IMG/VR virus record: IMGVR_UViG_3300027278_000001
Coordinates: 20,058-84,057 of that record
Source: a virus
Lineage: Duplodnaviria; Caudoviricetes
Length of the DNA stretch: 64,000 bases
Direction: 5' to 3' (one strand)
Shown: one piece after another, positions 33,674 through 45,253 of the stretch
Position numbering within the stretch: position 1 is the first letter of the stretch
Layout: every line of letters starts with the position of its first letter
Program-made: the position numbers and the translations under genes
The notes under the pieces: model-generated
Told to the model about the DNA's origin: nothing
The model's input: only the letters and a program-made list of their open reading frames with translations
Database searches by the model: none

Positions 33674-34210
33674 GCCTATCTATTCCCCTCTTTTATCCCT
33701 ATCTATAAGCCCCTTAAACAAGCGCATAAGCCTTAGCCATACTAGCCTATGGTATAGCCTGTAATGCTGGCTAAATACGTCTGTAAACAGGCTCATTTGA
33801 GCTTATTGTGGCTAGTATAGTGTTGCCTATTATGGTGATTACATACCTTATGTGGTTAAGCCTATTCACTCTCCACTACCAACCTTCAGCATCAACTCAG
33901 CACAATTCACCGTACTTTGTACAAAACATACGCTGGCTAGTCACTTGGAATACACATCCTCAGCTATTAGCTTTGCCTATGTCATCTTGCCTGCACTATC
34001 TGGTCGAACCTATGTCCTGCTATGGGTGACCTATAGATCATCGTCTAGTGAGCTTGCCAGATAGGATAGTGACGATATTTCTAGCAGTCTGGGGCTTATG
34101 AGGGTGGCGGCTATTTGTTGCTAAGACCCTCAGCAATAGAGACAGTAATTTCTTAGTAAACATAAGCTGCCTATAGATATTTACAGGTACGAGAAAAGGA
34201 GAACACCTAT
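33674..34210 (+). repeat. tract of 10 co-oriented CCTAT motifs (6 GCCTAT, 3 ACCTAT, 1 CCCTAT) in non-coding DNA
   Basis: GCCTAT at 33674, 33745, 33825, 33860, 33975, 34169; ACCTAT at 34008, 34029, 34205; CCCTAT at 33697. Confidence 0.6.
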
Positions 34211-34343
34211 GAAAGCATGTTCTCCTGAGAGTGGGGTTTGGGAATTTCTTACTTTTCCAGAATCTTTCTTTAAGGATGCTGCCCGCAAAGCCCCGTTCTA
34301 GAGCCTTCCGTGAGTCAAGTTGGTTATAACCTAAACCAGACAG

Positions 34344-35567
34344 TTATTTTGAGTACAGCCATTCCTTGAATAAGGTCTCCATTCTCTTGGGTAGGATGTA
34401 TAAATCTATAGGTTCATCTTCCCTAATACGAGTCCTCCATATCCACTGAATCATCTCAGATAAAGCAAACTGATCGTCATCTGGAATTGCATCTAGCTCT
34501 AACCCATAATCTTGCAGATACGACTTAACAACAAGGTTTACATAACGATTGTAAGCATGGAAGGCTACAGACTTGTGTTTGTACTTGTTTGTTGCTCTAG
34601 CACCACAGTAAAGGAATACATCTTCAATGTTGATATTTGGATGTACGACAGTCCTCTTGCTTTCTTTGTTAGCATTCTCTTTTGGTAGGGTGATGAGTAA
34701 GTCATCTTTACCAACCTTCCTGTAAACAGAACGGATTGCTGATGCAAGCTTCTTCAGTTGCTCCTTAGTAGCTGTTGTGCTGTACCATGTACTACTCATA
34801 CTTAAGTTTCTAACAGCGTTAGTGCTAGGAGAACTACATATTGTAACCAGCTCCCTTGCTTTTGCTATTACATCCTCAGTCTTTTTCATTAGCTGCACTT
34901 CTGTAAAATCTACAATATCAATCCCTTTTAATTTTAAGAATGATTCCATAACACTACCTTTGAACAGGTAAGACAGAATGATTGTTCGCTTTGCTGATTC
35001 AACTAAAGACATTGGTAATTGTGTAACCATCATCTCTCTGTTACGCTTGGAACAGTACAGCATGTCAATTGAACACAGACGTTGTAAGCCAGAGTATTGA
35101 GTATCTTCACTCATTTCTTTCCAAAGCCATTCCACCTTACCTAGATTGTCCTCATCTACTTTGATGTGACCAGCTTCTTCAAGAGAGATAATGTCTCCTT
35201 TCTTGTATCTGCCTTGGTATGGCTCAATCAGGCTTACTTCCTCATCAATGATCATCACATAGCTGTGTCGTGCAATCTGGTCTAAGTGCTTCTTAGACAA
35301 CTCACTAAACAAGCTGTGAGTGAAGGAGATGTTACAGCCTTCTCGTAGTAGCTCTAGTAAGTGCTCTGATTTGGTTCTGTGATCATCTGTTGTTGGGAAT
35401 GTAAACTCCAGAGCTTCACAAGCTTCTGGTATTCGTTCTTCTACTTCTGTCAGCATTGGGGAGATGTACAAGTATTTATTGTTTGGATTAGACAACATCC
35501 ATTTGATGATTCCCTGTGTCTTCCCACTACCCATAATTGCATCCAGCACTTCGATCTTTGTTGTCAT
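34344..35567 (-). CDS. SF2 helicase-like P-loop ATPase
   Basis: Walker A DAIMGSGKT, YLYISP, Walker B IIDEE, IILSYLF and motif VI-like EMIQWIWRTRIR; likely start MTTKIEV at 35567. Confidence 0.7.
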   Translation of the reverse strand: MTTKIEVLDAIMGSGKTQGIIKWMLSNPNNKYLYISPMLTEVEERIPEACEALEFTFPTTDDHRTKSEHLLELLREGCNISFTHSLFSELSKKHLDQIARHSYVMIIDEEVSLIEPYQGRYKKGDIISLEEAGHIKVDEDNLGKVEWLWKEMSEDTQYSGLQRLCSIDMLYCSKRNREMMVTQLPMSLVESAKRTIILSYLFKGSVMESFLKLKGIDIVDFTEVQLMKKTEDVIAKARELVTICSSPSTNAVRNLSMSSTWYSTTATKEQLKKLASAIRSVYRKVGKDDLLITLPKENANKESKRTVVHPNINIEDVFLYCGARATNKYKHKSVAFHAYNRYVNLVVKSYLQDYGLELDAIPDDDQFALSEMIQWIWRTRIREDEPIDLYILPKRMETLFKEWLYSK

Positions 35568-35931
35568 TTGCGTTTGGACTTCCATTCCCACTCTTTCTGA
35601 GGCATTGCCATCTTGATGTAATATGAATTTACATCTTCATTGTTTTCGTTGTAGTAGGCGACTAACCCTTCCGCTTGCTCCTTAGATGTGGCATAACCAA
35701 TCTCAAAATCTCTACCATCATTCTTAATCTTTTTGATTATCTTATACTTCACTTACAACCTCCATCTTTATATTTCTCAGGATATTTACACAGCTTACCA
35801 AAGTTCCAAGCCTTGTCACAATCACAGATGTAGCTGTCTTTAGCTTTGTATAGCACAAACTCCAGAACATCATAATCCTTTTCCAACTTATCAAACTCTT
35901 CCTTGAGCTTTAGTTCAAACTCATCTAGCAT
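35564..35931 (-). CDS. two small hypothetical proteins (35564-35752, 35749-35931)
   Basis: ATGA/GTGA-type overlaps. Confidence 0.5.
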
Positions 35932-35969
35932 AATTGATTCCTTATTCTAAGAACAAACCATTTGCCCTC

Positions 35970-36689
35970 TCATATACGTTTATTAAGCAACGCAGTCAGA
36001 AACACAAACCTTCTGGTTGCCCATCTCCAATAATCTTCTGCATCTGTCAACCAATCTTCCATGAGTTTGTCGTGCTTACTCAGGTTGCACCTTGCACAGA
36101 GTAGTTGTAGATTCTCAATAAAGTTGCTACCTCCCTTAGAAACTGGAAGCACGTGATCAATATGGTACTCCTCTGAAATATCTGCTGAGCATATCGGACA
36201 AGTGCTGTCATGTAAATACTCCAAATGCAACAACTCATCTGCTGAGAAGCTTCCACCATGTTCACCCACCAAAGCTCTACGTCTTAGACTTGCTGCTCTT
36301 TGTACAGCCTTACCCTTCTCTGTTGCGTAGTAGTTTAAAAACCACTGCTTACGTCTATCTTTATTAAACTCTCTATACTTCTTATCACGAACCCTCTTAT
36401 TAGCCTTCTTGATAGCTGGATTCATAGGAGTGCGTTTTGGGCGTGTCAGCTTTTCCTGTTCTCGTTTAAGCTTCGCCTTTTCTGTTAGTTCATCTTTATT
36501 CTCGCTGATGTAAGCCTTCCTATATTCAGCTATATGATCTGCATTCAATTCTTTGTAGTTTCTTATGCATTCAACACACCTTGTAGTGCTAACCAACCTT
36601 TCCGATAGGTGTCCATACTTACAAGGTTTACCTGTGAAGTACCTCTTCATCTTGAGGCTTCTCGCCTCTTCCCGACTTATCACTTCCAT
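35970..36689 (-). mobile_element. HNH endonuclease (free-standing)
   Basis: C-terminal CPIC...HIDHVLPVSKGGSNFIENLQLLCARCNLSK; N-terminal RYFTGKPCKYGH...CVEC module. Confidence 0.85.
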
Positions 36690-39015
36690 CTTCTTTCCTT
36701 ATTAAAATAAATGCTTCATGTTGTAGAGGGAGGGATTCTCTACACAACAATTCAAAGTCTTCGTCTGTCATATTTTCAAAGTCGTACATTAAATTACTCC
36801 TACTCACACCATTAGACAACAGAAACAAGAAAAAGTTCCCTGAAAAGAGAAAATATTTCAGATACCCGACGAACGGTCAATAGACAACCACTCCCTCTTA
36901 GTCTTATATGTTTCACCATTAACCCTCATCCAAATATCAACAATCTCTGGTGTTGTGCATTTCCAGAAACACTTTGGTGTCTTAGCTACAAACTTAGTAC
37001 CCTCTGTTGGGAACATTGTGAGAATAAATCTAGCTTGTAAAGCTTTCAATGGGTCATCTGAGTATTGGTCAATCTTACATTGCTCATATTCTTCTTGATT
37101 CATAATCCCTCCTATTCTTTCGTATAAAGCTTTTTAAGACCGTAGTCTAGGCCAACATATTCCCTTTAGCTTGAAACCTCTTAGAGAGCCTTGTAGGAGC
37201 TTCTGGGACTATTCAGTGTCTTGTTTATTACTCTCCCAAACTTCTTTGCAGATATTCAACATCTCTTTCATGTACACTTCGTTGTACTCATCCAACTCAG
37301 CTTGTGTTGGAATACTCTCACGAATTTGAGCATTACGACCGTCTTCACGACCAGCAGTATAGAAAATGGAGCTGAAGCAAATGAATACCACACCCCACCA
37401 ATTGATTTTATATTTCATACACCCTCCTAATTTAAATAAACAACCCGTGGTATTTCAAACATGACTGATAAACCATCTTCTCCAGCTGATCAACATCCTC
37501 CTGTGTAACATCATAGCCAGCAGAAATCTTTGCGTCAATGATAGCGAATGTAATGAGCAAACTTTCACTCTTACACTGATTCATAACAGCATTCTGCCAA
37601 GAAGCTGTCCAATGACTAGAATATACAACATTCTGCTTTGTTGTGCAAGCAGAAACTAGTAGCAATACAGCTAGGAAGAAGATTTTCATGGGATGCTCCT
37701 ACGCTATGGGATTACCAAACAACTTTCGAGCCATCTTCTTCAAGAATATCAATCTCCAAACCATGAGCACGGAGGATACTTAAGTGATGAGACTCTGAGT
37801 TAGCTGTTGTGGTCAAGTTATTTGTTTTAGCAATGTCGTAAAGATGGTCCCCAACGTACCGTTGTGCATTACCATTCATGATCCAAAGGTTGGAACAACC
37901 ATCAAACTTAATAGTATAGTTCATAACAATCTCCTATTTCCACAATTGATCTAAAATATCCTGCTTCTCTTCTACAGTCAAATTACTTTCGTTAATAATC
38001 CTAGTAAACTTAGAGCAAGCTTGACTGTATGCAAGGGAGAAGCGTTGTTCTGCCTCGCGGATTTTGTCTTGGAGTTGTCTGCGTTCTGAGGGCATTAGTG
38101 GACGTGTGTCATAATCATTCATTTGAAGTACCCTCCGAAAAAAGCTTATTTTGTTTGTCAATCACCTTATCAAAATACTCTTGTGTACGACCTGTCAAAT
38201 CTAGCCATCGCCACTTAAGGTCAAGAAATGAGACACACTTAGACTTGAAAATTACTTCTGTGTTGAAAATAGTCTCAGTGTCAGGGATACCTTCGTAGTC
38301 ATAGGAGTTTTCCCATGCGATACCAATCTGACACACCACTTTCCAAAGACCGCCAACACTGTCAGATTCCTCACCAAACACATCCTGCCAGAAATCTCCA
38401 TAGCAATCAATGTAAGAATTCTTAATTTCATCAGACAAGTACAAGTCTTCTGTATCCAGAGCTATGTAGGTTTCTGAATAAATCTCTTTACGAAGAGGAC
38501 TACACCAAAACTCACAAATGACTTCCATCAATTACCTCCATAATTAAATGGTTGATACTGCAATACGTATATGCGTTTCCCGTCCAAACTACCTACACCA
38601 AAGCGTCCAGATTCTACTTTAAAGATATTTACGTAATCAGTCAAGCCTTGTAGTGTACCAAAGATGCGCTCCGATACACCAGCGGGGATGTATTCGCCCT
38701 CAATGAAGGATTTCTCGTTTTCAATTTGTTCAGTCACGATATAACCTCCACTTTGATATTCAAGTCTTTTGCAACCTGCTTAAGTTCATCCAACCGCATA
38801 CAATACAGACCTTCTCGGTGTTCATCAGTTACATCTTCTGTACCAAGCTCTGTCAGGATAGCTTGATAATAGCAGCTTTCATAATCATGTGCAGAGCCTA
38901 GGTTACAATCTGTATCTTCTGAGTTGTAGCATTCCATGTAAGTGCCTTCACAACAACTGCAACCCGGTTGATCGTAATAGCCATCATCCCAGAACGTATA
39001 AGTCTTAGTCATCAC
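36628..39015 (-). CDS. cluster of small hypothetical proteins (36858-37103, 37209-37418, 37432-37689 lipoprotein-like, 37712-37924, 37934-38161, 38115-38531, 38528-38737, 38734-39015)
   Basis: Packed co-oriented ORFs; 37432-37689 has a signal peptide with lipobox-like VSAC. Confidence 0.55.
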
Positions 39016-39557
39016 TTCCCTCCTGTATAAAATTTATGAGCACCTACGTTTGCAACAAGCTCTTTGTGTTTAGCCCAAAAAGGCTTGATACTCTTTTCGT
39101 GATAGAAAGTCATATCACCTTCCACTTCTATATAGCCATGCAATAAGTTGAAAGCAATGCTACTTGCCTCTAACCAATCACCGTCTGTCGGAGTACGTTG
39201 CTTGTGCATATCTTCAATGTAGCTAAATTGCTTTGGTTCATAAATCACTTCCTTGATTGTATCTGGCCATGATTTATGCTCTACACGATTCAGTACAGTT
39301 TTAGCTACAAGACGTTTACCCTCTAAAGGCTCACTACGAGCTTCATATACTATCAGCTCAGCAAGGAGTTTACAGTCTTCCCAAGCATTGCACAAGATTT
39401 GCTTCTCAGACTTAGTGAGGGGTTTCATCTCTGGGATTTGCTTTACAGACTCTTTACGTTCTGCAAGGTACACATCTAGCATGAACATGATTCCTGCAAT
39501 CAAGATAGCCCAGCTCCAGAACTCAAGGCTGCTCATGTTTCCGTTTTGGTTGTCCAT
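39012..39557 (-). CDS. cell wall hydrolase, SleB/Hydrolase_2 family
   Basis: LAELIVYEARSEP, VAKTVLNRV, WPDTIKEVIY.PKQFS, FYH and GAHKFY; N-terminal TM anchor. Confidence 0.9.
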   Translation of the reverse strand: MDNQNGNMSSLEFWSWAILIAGIMFMLDVYLAERKESVKQIPEMKPLTKSEKQILCNAWEDCKLLAELIVYEARSEPLEGKRLVAKTVLNRVEHKSWPDTIKEVIYEPKQFSYIEDMHKQRTPTDGDWLEASSIAFNLLHGYIEVEGDMTFYHEKSIKPFWAKHKELVANVGAHKFYTGGK

Positions 39558-39559
39558 AG

Positions 39560-40347
39560 TTAAACCTCCAGAATATCATGGTAAAGGCTTTCGGGAAACA
39601 CATAACCTTCTTGCTCAAGTGAATCAACGATTGTACATGCGGCGTCTTTACTCAACCCATACCAACTCTCACCATCGTATTGTAAGCCGATTGGTTCACG
39701 CTCAGCTGTATCAAGAAACTCCATCTGTGCTTTATATGTGGAGTACAACAGTTCCGCTGAAGACCAATCAATAGCTGGAACATCACCAACCACACGATTT
39801 GATGCTACATGAATGGCAATCCCATCGTCGGCTTCATAAATGTAAAGGTCACATTTAAAATCCATACTACTCCAACGACAATAGCTCATAAATCCTCCTG
39901 TTTGTTTATCTAGGTTCCAGAATAGCAAAAGCCCCAATGCGTGTCAACACAAAGGTGCTAAAATAATCACTCATCTTTGAAAAACAAATCAGCTTGCTCA
40001 GGATGCACAAATTTTACACGATGGTCTTGAACAATCACACCCTTCTTACGGCTGTATTGCAGCTTTACACGCAAGAGAATCTTAGCCTTACGAGCTGCTT
40101 CAAACCAACCCTCTGGGAATAAAGCAAAGCAACCATCATGGAAACGATTACCATGCCAATCTGTCAGTGTACCATTATATAATTTCACGGCTGTATTGAA
40201 TGACACATATTGTCGTCCACGATTCACCCACAAACCACTTTCAAAGCTGTGTGTAGGCATCATGTAGCTGTAGCCAAGCACTTGCATAAACTTCGTCAAG
40301 CTTGCAAGCTGAATTTTACCGCTGTCTTGTGGTTTCCATTGTTCCAT
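39560..40347 (-). CDS. two hypothetical proteins (39560-39937, 39967-40347)
   Basis: Co-oriented ORFs with SD sites. Confidence 0.55.
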
Positions 40348-40417
40348 AAATCCTCCTAGGTTTATCTTTTCCTAAATACATTCACTAATAGTGCGAGTAA
40401 ATCAAATCTTGTAAACT

Positions 40418-40858
40418 TCAGTCTAGATAAAACACATCCACCTTAGCTTCTCTGAGCTGATTCAAGCTGTGTTGAAACTCTTCACCGTATTTATAGTGTG
40501 TCCAGTCAGGCTCTGGTGAATACACTTTCGTAACACCAGCGTTGATCAACTGAGCTGTACACACTGGACACGGAAACATTGTAACAACAAGAGAGCTTCC
40601 GTTTGTACCCCTTCCAAGTCTTGCAGCATTAGCAATAGCCGAAGCTTCTGCGTGTGACGTGTAGAGGTACTTCAGTGGACGTTGACTGCGTTCCTCTGTG
40701 TGTTCCACCCCTCGTGCTAGGCAATTATATCCAATACTGATTTCTACGCAATCTGTTTCGGAAAATAGTACAGCACCAACCTTAGTATTCTCATCCCTAC
40801 TCATCTCAGCACGCTTGTGTGCCAAGTCGATAAACTCTTGTAGCCAGCGTTCTTTCAT
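40418..40858 (-). CDS. dCMP deaminase
   Basis: KVGAV, GYN, HAE..AI and PCPVC zinc motif. Confidence 0.9.
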   Translation of the reverse strand: MKERWLQEFIDLAHKRAEMSRDENTKVGAVLFSETDCVEISIGYNCLARGVEHTEERSQRPLKYLYTSHAEASAIANAARLGRGTNGSSLVVTMFPCPVCTAQLINAGVTKVYSPEPDWTHYKYGEEFQHSLNQLREAKVDVFYLD

Positions 40859-40867
40859 GTTCTCTCC

Positions 40868-41178
40868 CTATCGTGGTGGCTTACTAGACCCTTTAGCTCG
40901 TGTGGCTGTTGCGTACACTGACTGTCCACCATTCTCTTGTTTACTCTTACCTTTCAAATCACGAACAACACGAATCTTGTATTTACCAACTCCCCAATCT
41001 TCATCAGCTTGCTTCTGTGCAGCTAGACGGTCTTTAGTCTTGTAATAACAACGCGAACCAATAGCCAGAAGCACATAGAAATTACTTGGAGCATTCAATA
41101 CAAACGATTCACTAACTTCATCCCAGCATTCTGCTTGCTCTTCTGGGATAATGATACTTTCAATTGGTTTGTCAGTCA
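40868..41178 (-). CDS. hypothetical protein
   Basis: Likely start MTDKPIES overlapping the methyltransferase stop. Confidence 0.5.
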
Positions 41179-41900
41179 TTAAGAATACGCTCCTTAGCAG
41201 TGTTAAAGTAGGTTCCATCCATCTCAACACCAATAAATTTGCGGTTAAGATTTTTACAAGCTAGTCCGGTTGTTCCAGACCCCATTGTAAAGTCTAAAAC
41301 TGTTTCCCCTTCATTAGTGTATGTGTGAATCAGATATTCCATTAATTCTACTGGTTTTTGGGTTGGGTGTACTTTACCATGCTGGTTGGCATTGCTTATG
41401 GTTATAATTTGATTAGGGTGCTTAGTATCTATAATCTTGGACACTTTACGTTGCTTTCCGTAGTTCTCACTGTGCTTATTGGAGGTCTCAGAAACCCTGG
41501 GTTTTTGTTTAGTCATTTGCGGATTATAGTTTGAGTGGTGGCAATTAAATACCATGATATTCTCTACCATGCACATTGGCATTCTTTTAGCATTCAGGTG
41601 TCCACTTGGTTTCACTTTATTCCAAACCCAATCATACTTGTAATTATCTAGGTTACTAATCCTTAAAGCGCTACTGAAAGGTTCCATTCCAAACAAGACG
41701 ATAGCACCATTGTGTTTTACAATACGGTTAAGCTGAATCCACATGCTCTCAAAATCAATAACACTGTCCCAGCTACTTTGCGTCTTCTGGTAAGGAGGAT
41801 CACAAATAATAGCATCAACACTCCCATCTGGAATCTCTTTCATTCGCTCAAGGCAGTCACCCTGCATTAGCCAAAAATTCTCATCCTTATAATCACTCAC
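41172..41900 (-). CDS. DNA methyltransferase (N6-adenine/N4-cytosine, beta class)
   Basis: GDCLE, motif IV DPPY, HPTQKP, and motif I VLDFTMGSGTT. Confidence 0.92.
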   Translation of the reverse strand: MSDYKDENFWLMQGDCLERMKEIPDGSVDAIICDPPYQKTQSSWDSVIDFESMWIQLNRIVKHNGAIVLFGMEPFSSALRISNLDNYKYDWVWNKVKPSGHLNAKRMPMCMVENIMVFNCHHSNYNPQMTKQKPRVSETSNKHSENYGKQRKVSKIIDTKHPNQIITISNANQHGKVHPTQKPVELMEYLIHTYTNEGETVLDFTMGSGTTGLACKNLNRKFIGVEMDGTYFNTAKERILND

Positions 41901-42375
41901 TCTGCATCTCCTCCATTAAGGCTTCACTCAAGTTCTCGCCCAATTCACAAGCAATCCAACTTTGTTGGTGGGACATTAGATCAAGGAATTCATCATATTC
42001 TAGTTCTAGCATATGTTAAAACTCCACCTTTGGTTGTACGGGACGTGGATAAGCCACGAAGCAGATATTGTCCAGAGGACTATCTTCTACATTATATTTG
42101 ATATTGTAGGTTTCAAGCCGACTACCATTCTGATGTTTACAAGGCAGAGTACAATATATGAAATTACCAACTTTGACAGCAGAGAGACTATTCACCCACC
42201 CTTGATTGTGTGTTTTGTAGATAAGAGCTGTTCCAACTTTGTCTAGGTTGTCATTGTAGATGCGCATGTATTTACTTGCGCTGATGATCTTACGTTGCTT
42301 TGAATATTTGTTCATAAATCCTCCTTCGTTTGAATGTGGAGTAATCATACAAGCTACTCCACAAGCTGTCAAACT

Positions 42376-43242
42376 TTATTTATCGTCTTTGCTGAAATCA
42401 TACCCAGCAACGATTCCGTAATCGTCTTCTTTGGTAATATTTGAGAACAACTCCTTGACACTTTCTTGTTTAGCAACAGCCTCCTCAAAAGACTTAACCA
42501 GAGGTTCTTTCTTCTTAGCAGGAGCTTTCTTAGGCTTCTCCTTCTCAGTGAGCGTGTACTTCTTCAGCACAGCAGCCAACCCCTGTTCCACTCCAGATGC
42601 TACAGCGGTTTCAATAATGCTGTCAATAGAAGGTATGGAGTCTTGGTTGCAATCGGTACATGACTCATCGCCACATCCTTGTTCAGCATGGTAGTCGTAG
42701 AAACGCATCATACGCTCTTCAAGCTCTTTTGCACCAAACCAGAACTCTTTCCCGTCATTACACTGAGAAATTTCCTCTGGTGACAACAGGCCGGCGTAAG
42801 TGGTTTCAATTTCTTCCTCCATCTGCTTGATCCCAAACTCTGTCTGAGATTTCACGTCTGGATTCTTGCCTACTGATCCCCACCACGCGCAATGTGCCAT
42901 AAATTGAATATGCTCACCCCATCCGTGTGCACTGCACGCCAAGAATACGCCTGTAGCAGCCGACATGCAGTCATACTCGATGAATCCCTTAACATTAGCT
43001 TGAGATTCCAAGATCGCGTTTACGATCATTCTCTCAGATGACACAAAACCCCCTCTCGAATTTATTCGGATGATTACTTCATCTTGAGGGCCAGCTGTTC
43101 GCAGAATATTGCACAAATCCACATAGTTCTCAGGAGCTTCAATTGGGCCAGTGAGGTAGTAGGTGAATTGAGTACCACGAACTTCAGTTGTGAATGTATT
43201 GGTTGCCTGCATCATTGGTAGAAGCTTGAAATCATCACTCAT
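42376..43242 (-). CDS. ClpP-like protease
   Basis: YYLTGPI, IRINSRGG, CMSAATGVFLA (catalytic Ser), FMAH and FWFGAKE. Confidence 0.8.
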   Translation of the reverse strand: MSDDFKLLPMMQATNTFTTEVRGTQFTYYLTGPIEAPENYVDLCNILRTAGPQDEVIIRINSRGGFVSSERMIVNAILESQANVKGFIEYDCMSAATGVFLACSAHGWGEHIQFMAHCAWWGSVGKNPDVKSQTEFGIKQMEEEIETTYAGLLSPEEISQCNDGKEFWFGAKELEERMMRFYDYHAEQGCGDESCTDCNQDSIPSIDSIIETAVASGVEQGLAAVLKKYTLTEKEKPKKAPAKKKEPLVKSFEEAVAKQESVKELFSNITKEDDYGIVAGYDFSKDDK

Positions 43243-44075
43243 TAATTATTCTCCTTTTCAAAGTAAAATGCTTTTACAAGCGCCTTGGTTAGTTTGCTAC
43301 GACGACCACTATCCTCAAACGTGAAGTTTACAAACCCAATATTATTCTCAAGCTCATAAATGTCTTCTTTGTCTAGGAACTTTGGAGGATTTGTTTTAAT
43401 CGCTTCCAACAGTTGACTTAAATACAGAAGCCCTGTTTCTTTACGAATATCTTTTTGACGCCAATCGCCCGTCAAGCAGAGTTGGGCACCATCACCGACC
43501 CGAGTAGTCATCATCTGCATAAGGTCAGTATCAAAGCCCTGCGCCTCTTCACACAAAACGAAAACACCATCTTCAAAGGAGTAGCCGCGCAACCACTCGA
43601 CACTTTTAAACTCAATCACCTTTTTCTCAAGCATGTAGGCAAGTTGTGCTTTACCAAGAAACTTGCTCAAGTGCTCTAGAATGCTAGTAAAGATTACAGC
43701 AAGCTTCTCATTTTCTGTCCCTGGAACTGCCCCGATAGTTCGGCCACAAGACTCGTAAGGGCGAACAAGGAATAGCTTGTGAATACTCTTCTCACGCAAA
43801 AGGTTAGCAGCGTGCCATGCAGCAAGAATACTCTTACCACCACCTGCTGGCCCTTGCAGTGCTACAATCTTACGACCTTCTTGCAAGTAATAAGCACCAA
43901 GCTTCTGAGCATCCCCTACTGGGGTGAATGGCATTGCATTGAAGACCTTCTCTTCTGCAAACTTCTCACGAGTTGTAGCAGCCCCTCCGGTTTTGGTCTT
44001 ACGTGTGCGAGTGCGGGGCACCGCCACGGAAATACCATCAACGTCCATCATTATTTGTCTCTGTTTTGCGCCCAT
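43242..44075 (-). CDS. phoH: PhoH-family ATPase
   Basis: GPAGGGKS, LVRP, GAVPG..EK, LRGYSF, EEAQ and TGDWRQKD. Confidence 0.92.
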   Translation of the reverse strand: MGAKQRQIMMDVDGISVAVPRTRTRKTKTGGAATTREKFAEEKVFNAMPFTPVGDAQKLGAYYLQEGRKIVALQGPAGGGKSILAAWHAANLLREKSIHKLFLVRPYESCGRTIGAVPGTENEKLAVIFTSILEHLSKFLGKAQLAYMLEKKVIEFKSVEWLRGYSFEDGVFVLCEEAQGFDTDLMQMMTTRVGDGAQLCLTGDWRQKDIRKETGLLYLSQLLEAIKTNPPKFLDKEDIYELENNIGFVNFTFEDSGRRSKLTKALVKAFYFEKENN

Positions 44076-45253
44076 CAGTCTGTCACCTCTACTTTCCAGT
44101 TAATAAGTGCTTCATAAGTACGTGTATCGAGTTTATCTTTGTACTTATTTGCCATATCTTTTATGACATCTTCTTTTGCTACTTTATATGCTGCAAAAGC
44201 TGCTTCAACACTCGTATACCTCCCTACAGTTGTCCTTTTCTTATCTATGTTTACTTGTGCAATAAACTTCTCGGCTTTCTTGTTGAAGTAAACGCCAATA
44301 GGGTACATTCCTCGCTCATTTCCCCTGAGTGTAAATAAATTGTTAAGTTCTCTAGGGACAAAACAACAGGTTTCAGGGCTGTAAACTTTATTACCTTTAA
44401 CAATAATATCTTTGTCTAGAGACCACGAAATCTCAATATTGTATTGTGGCTGTTGATCACACCACTTTGCAAAGTTTTGGAAGTTGTGCCAACCCTCAGA
44501 AACAGAGCAACCAACATAAGTTATACCCTTCTTTAGCTGTGCCTCATCATAGCAGCGGGTGAACATATTATTCCACAACGTGTATGTCCTTGTGTTGGAG
44601 GTTGGTGTATAAATACCTACGCCTACATAACCAACACCACTGGCAAGCCTACGAAACGGGTTTCTAACACCTTGCCTAGCTGAACTTCTGGGAACAATCT
44701 TCTCATAACCGAACTCGTCTAGAAATTTGATTCTACACATCGCATTATCAAGAATTTCAATCACTTCAAATTTACACCCATAGAAGTTCTCGATGACTTG
44801 TCCTTTCTCAACAGCTTCCTTTCGTTTACGTCCATTACTCACATATACAGCTTTTGGTAGTAATGGTGTAGCAATCCAGTCGCGGATTGAACCTTCCTTA
44901 ATCTCCCTTACAGCAGACCATATCTCAAAACCACTTTCAATAAACCTCACTTTGACCTTGTGTGATCTTTGGTACTCAATAACTTCAAATTCAAGACCCT
45001 TCTTGTTCTTGAATACTTCACCAATTTGTACAGCAGGTTTTAGGTTCTCTTTCCCACGTTTCCCAATTAGCTCTTTCTGAATACACCGGCAAGACCTAGT
45101 TTTGCCAGACAACACGCTGTGTACATCTGTTATAGTTTCTCCTCCACAAGAACAGTCACAGACAAACTTAGGTTTAGGGTTTCTTACAACACTCTTGATT
45201 GTCAACCTATTAAATGTTTGACCTACATACTTTGAATAAAAATCCTCTGTCAA
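44075..45253 (-). mobile_element. free-standing HNH homing endonuclease with AP2-like C-terminus and repeated N-terminal DNA-binding modules
   Basis: CDCSCG, GVGYVG, WNNMFTRCY, W.NFQNF..W, LDKDII.KGNKVYSPETCCFVP..LN and YPIGV...F.AQ. Confidence 0.85.

Noticed and set aside
33555-34340. Possible CRISPR or mini-array, and small ORFs 33808-34029 and 33852-34064
   Set aside because: The repeats are only 5-6 nt with irregular spacing, there are no cas genes, and the ORFs lack SD sites and arise from the repeat tract.
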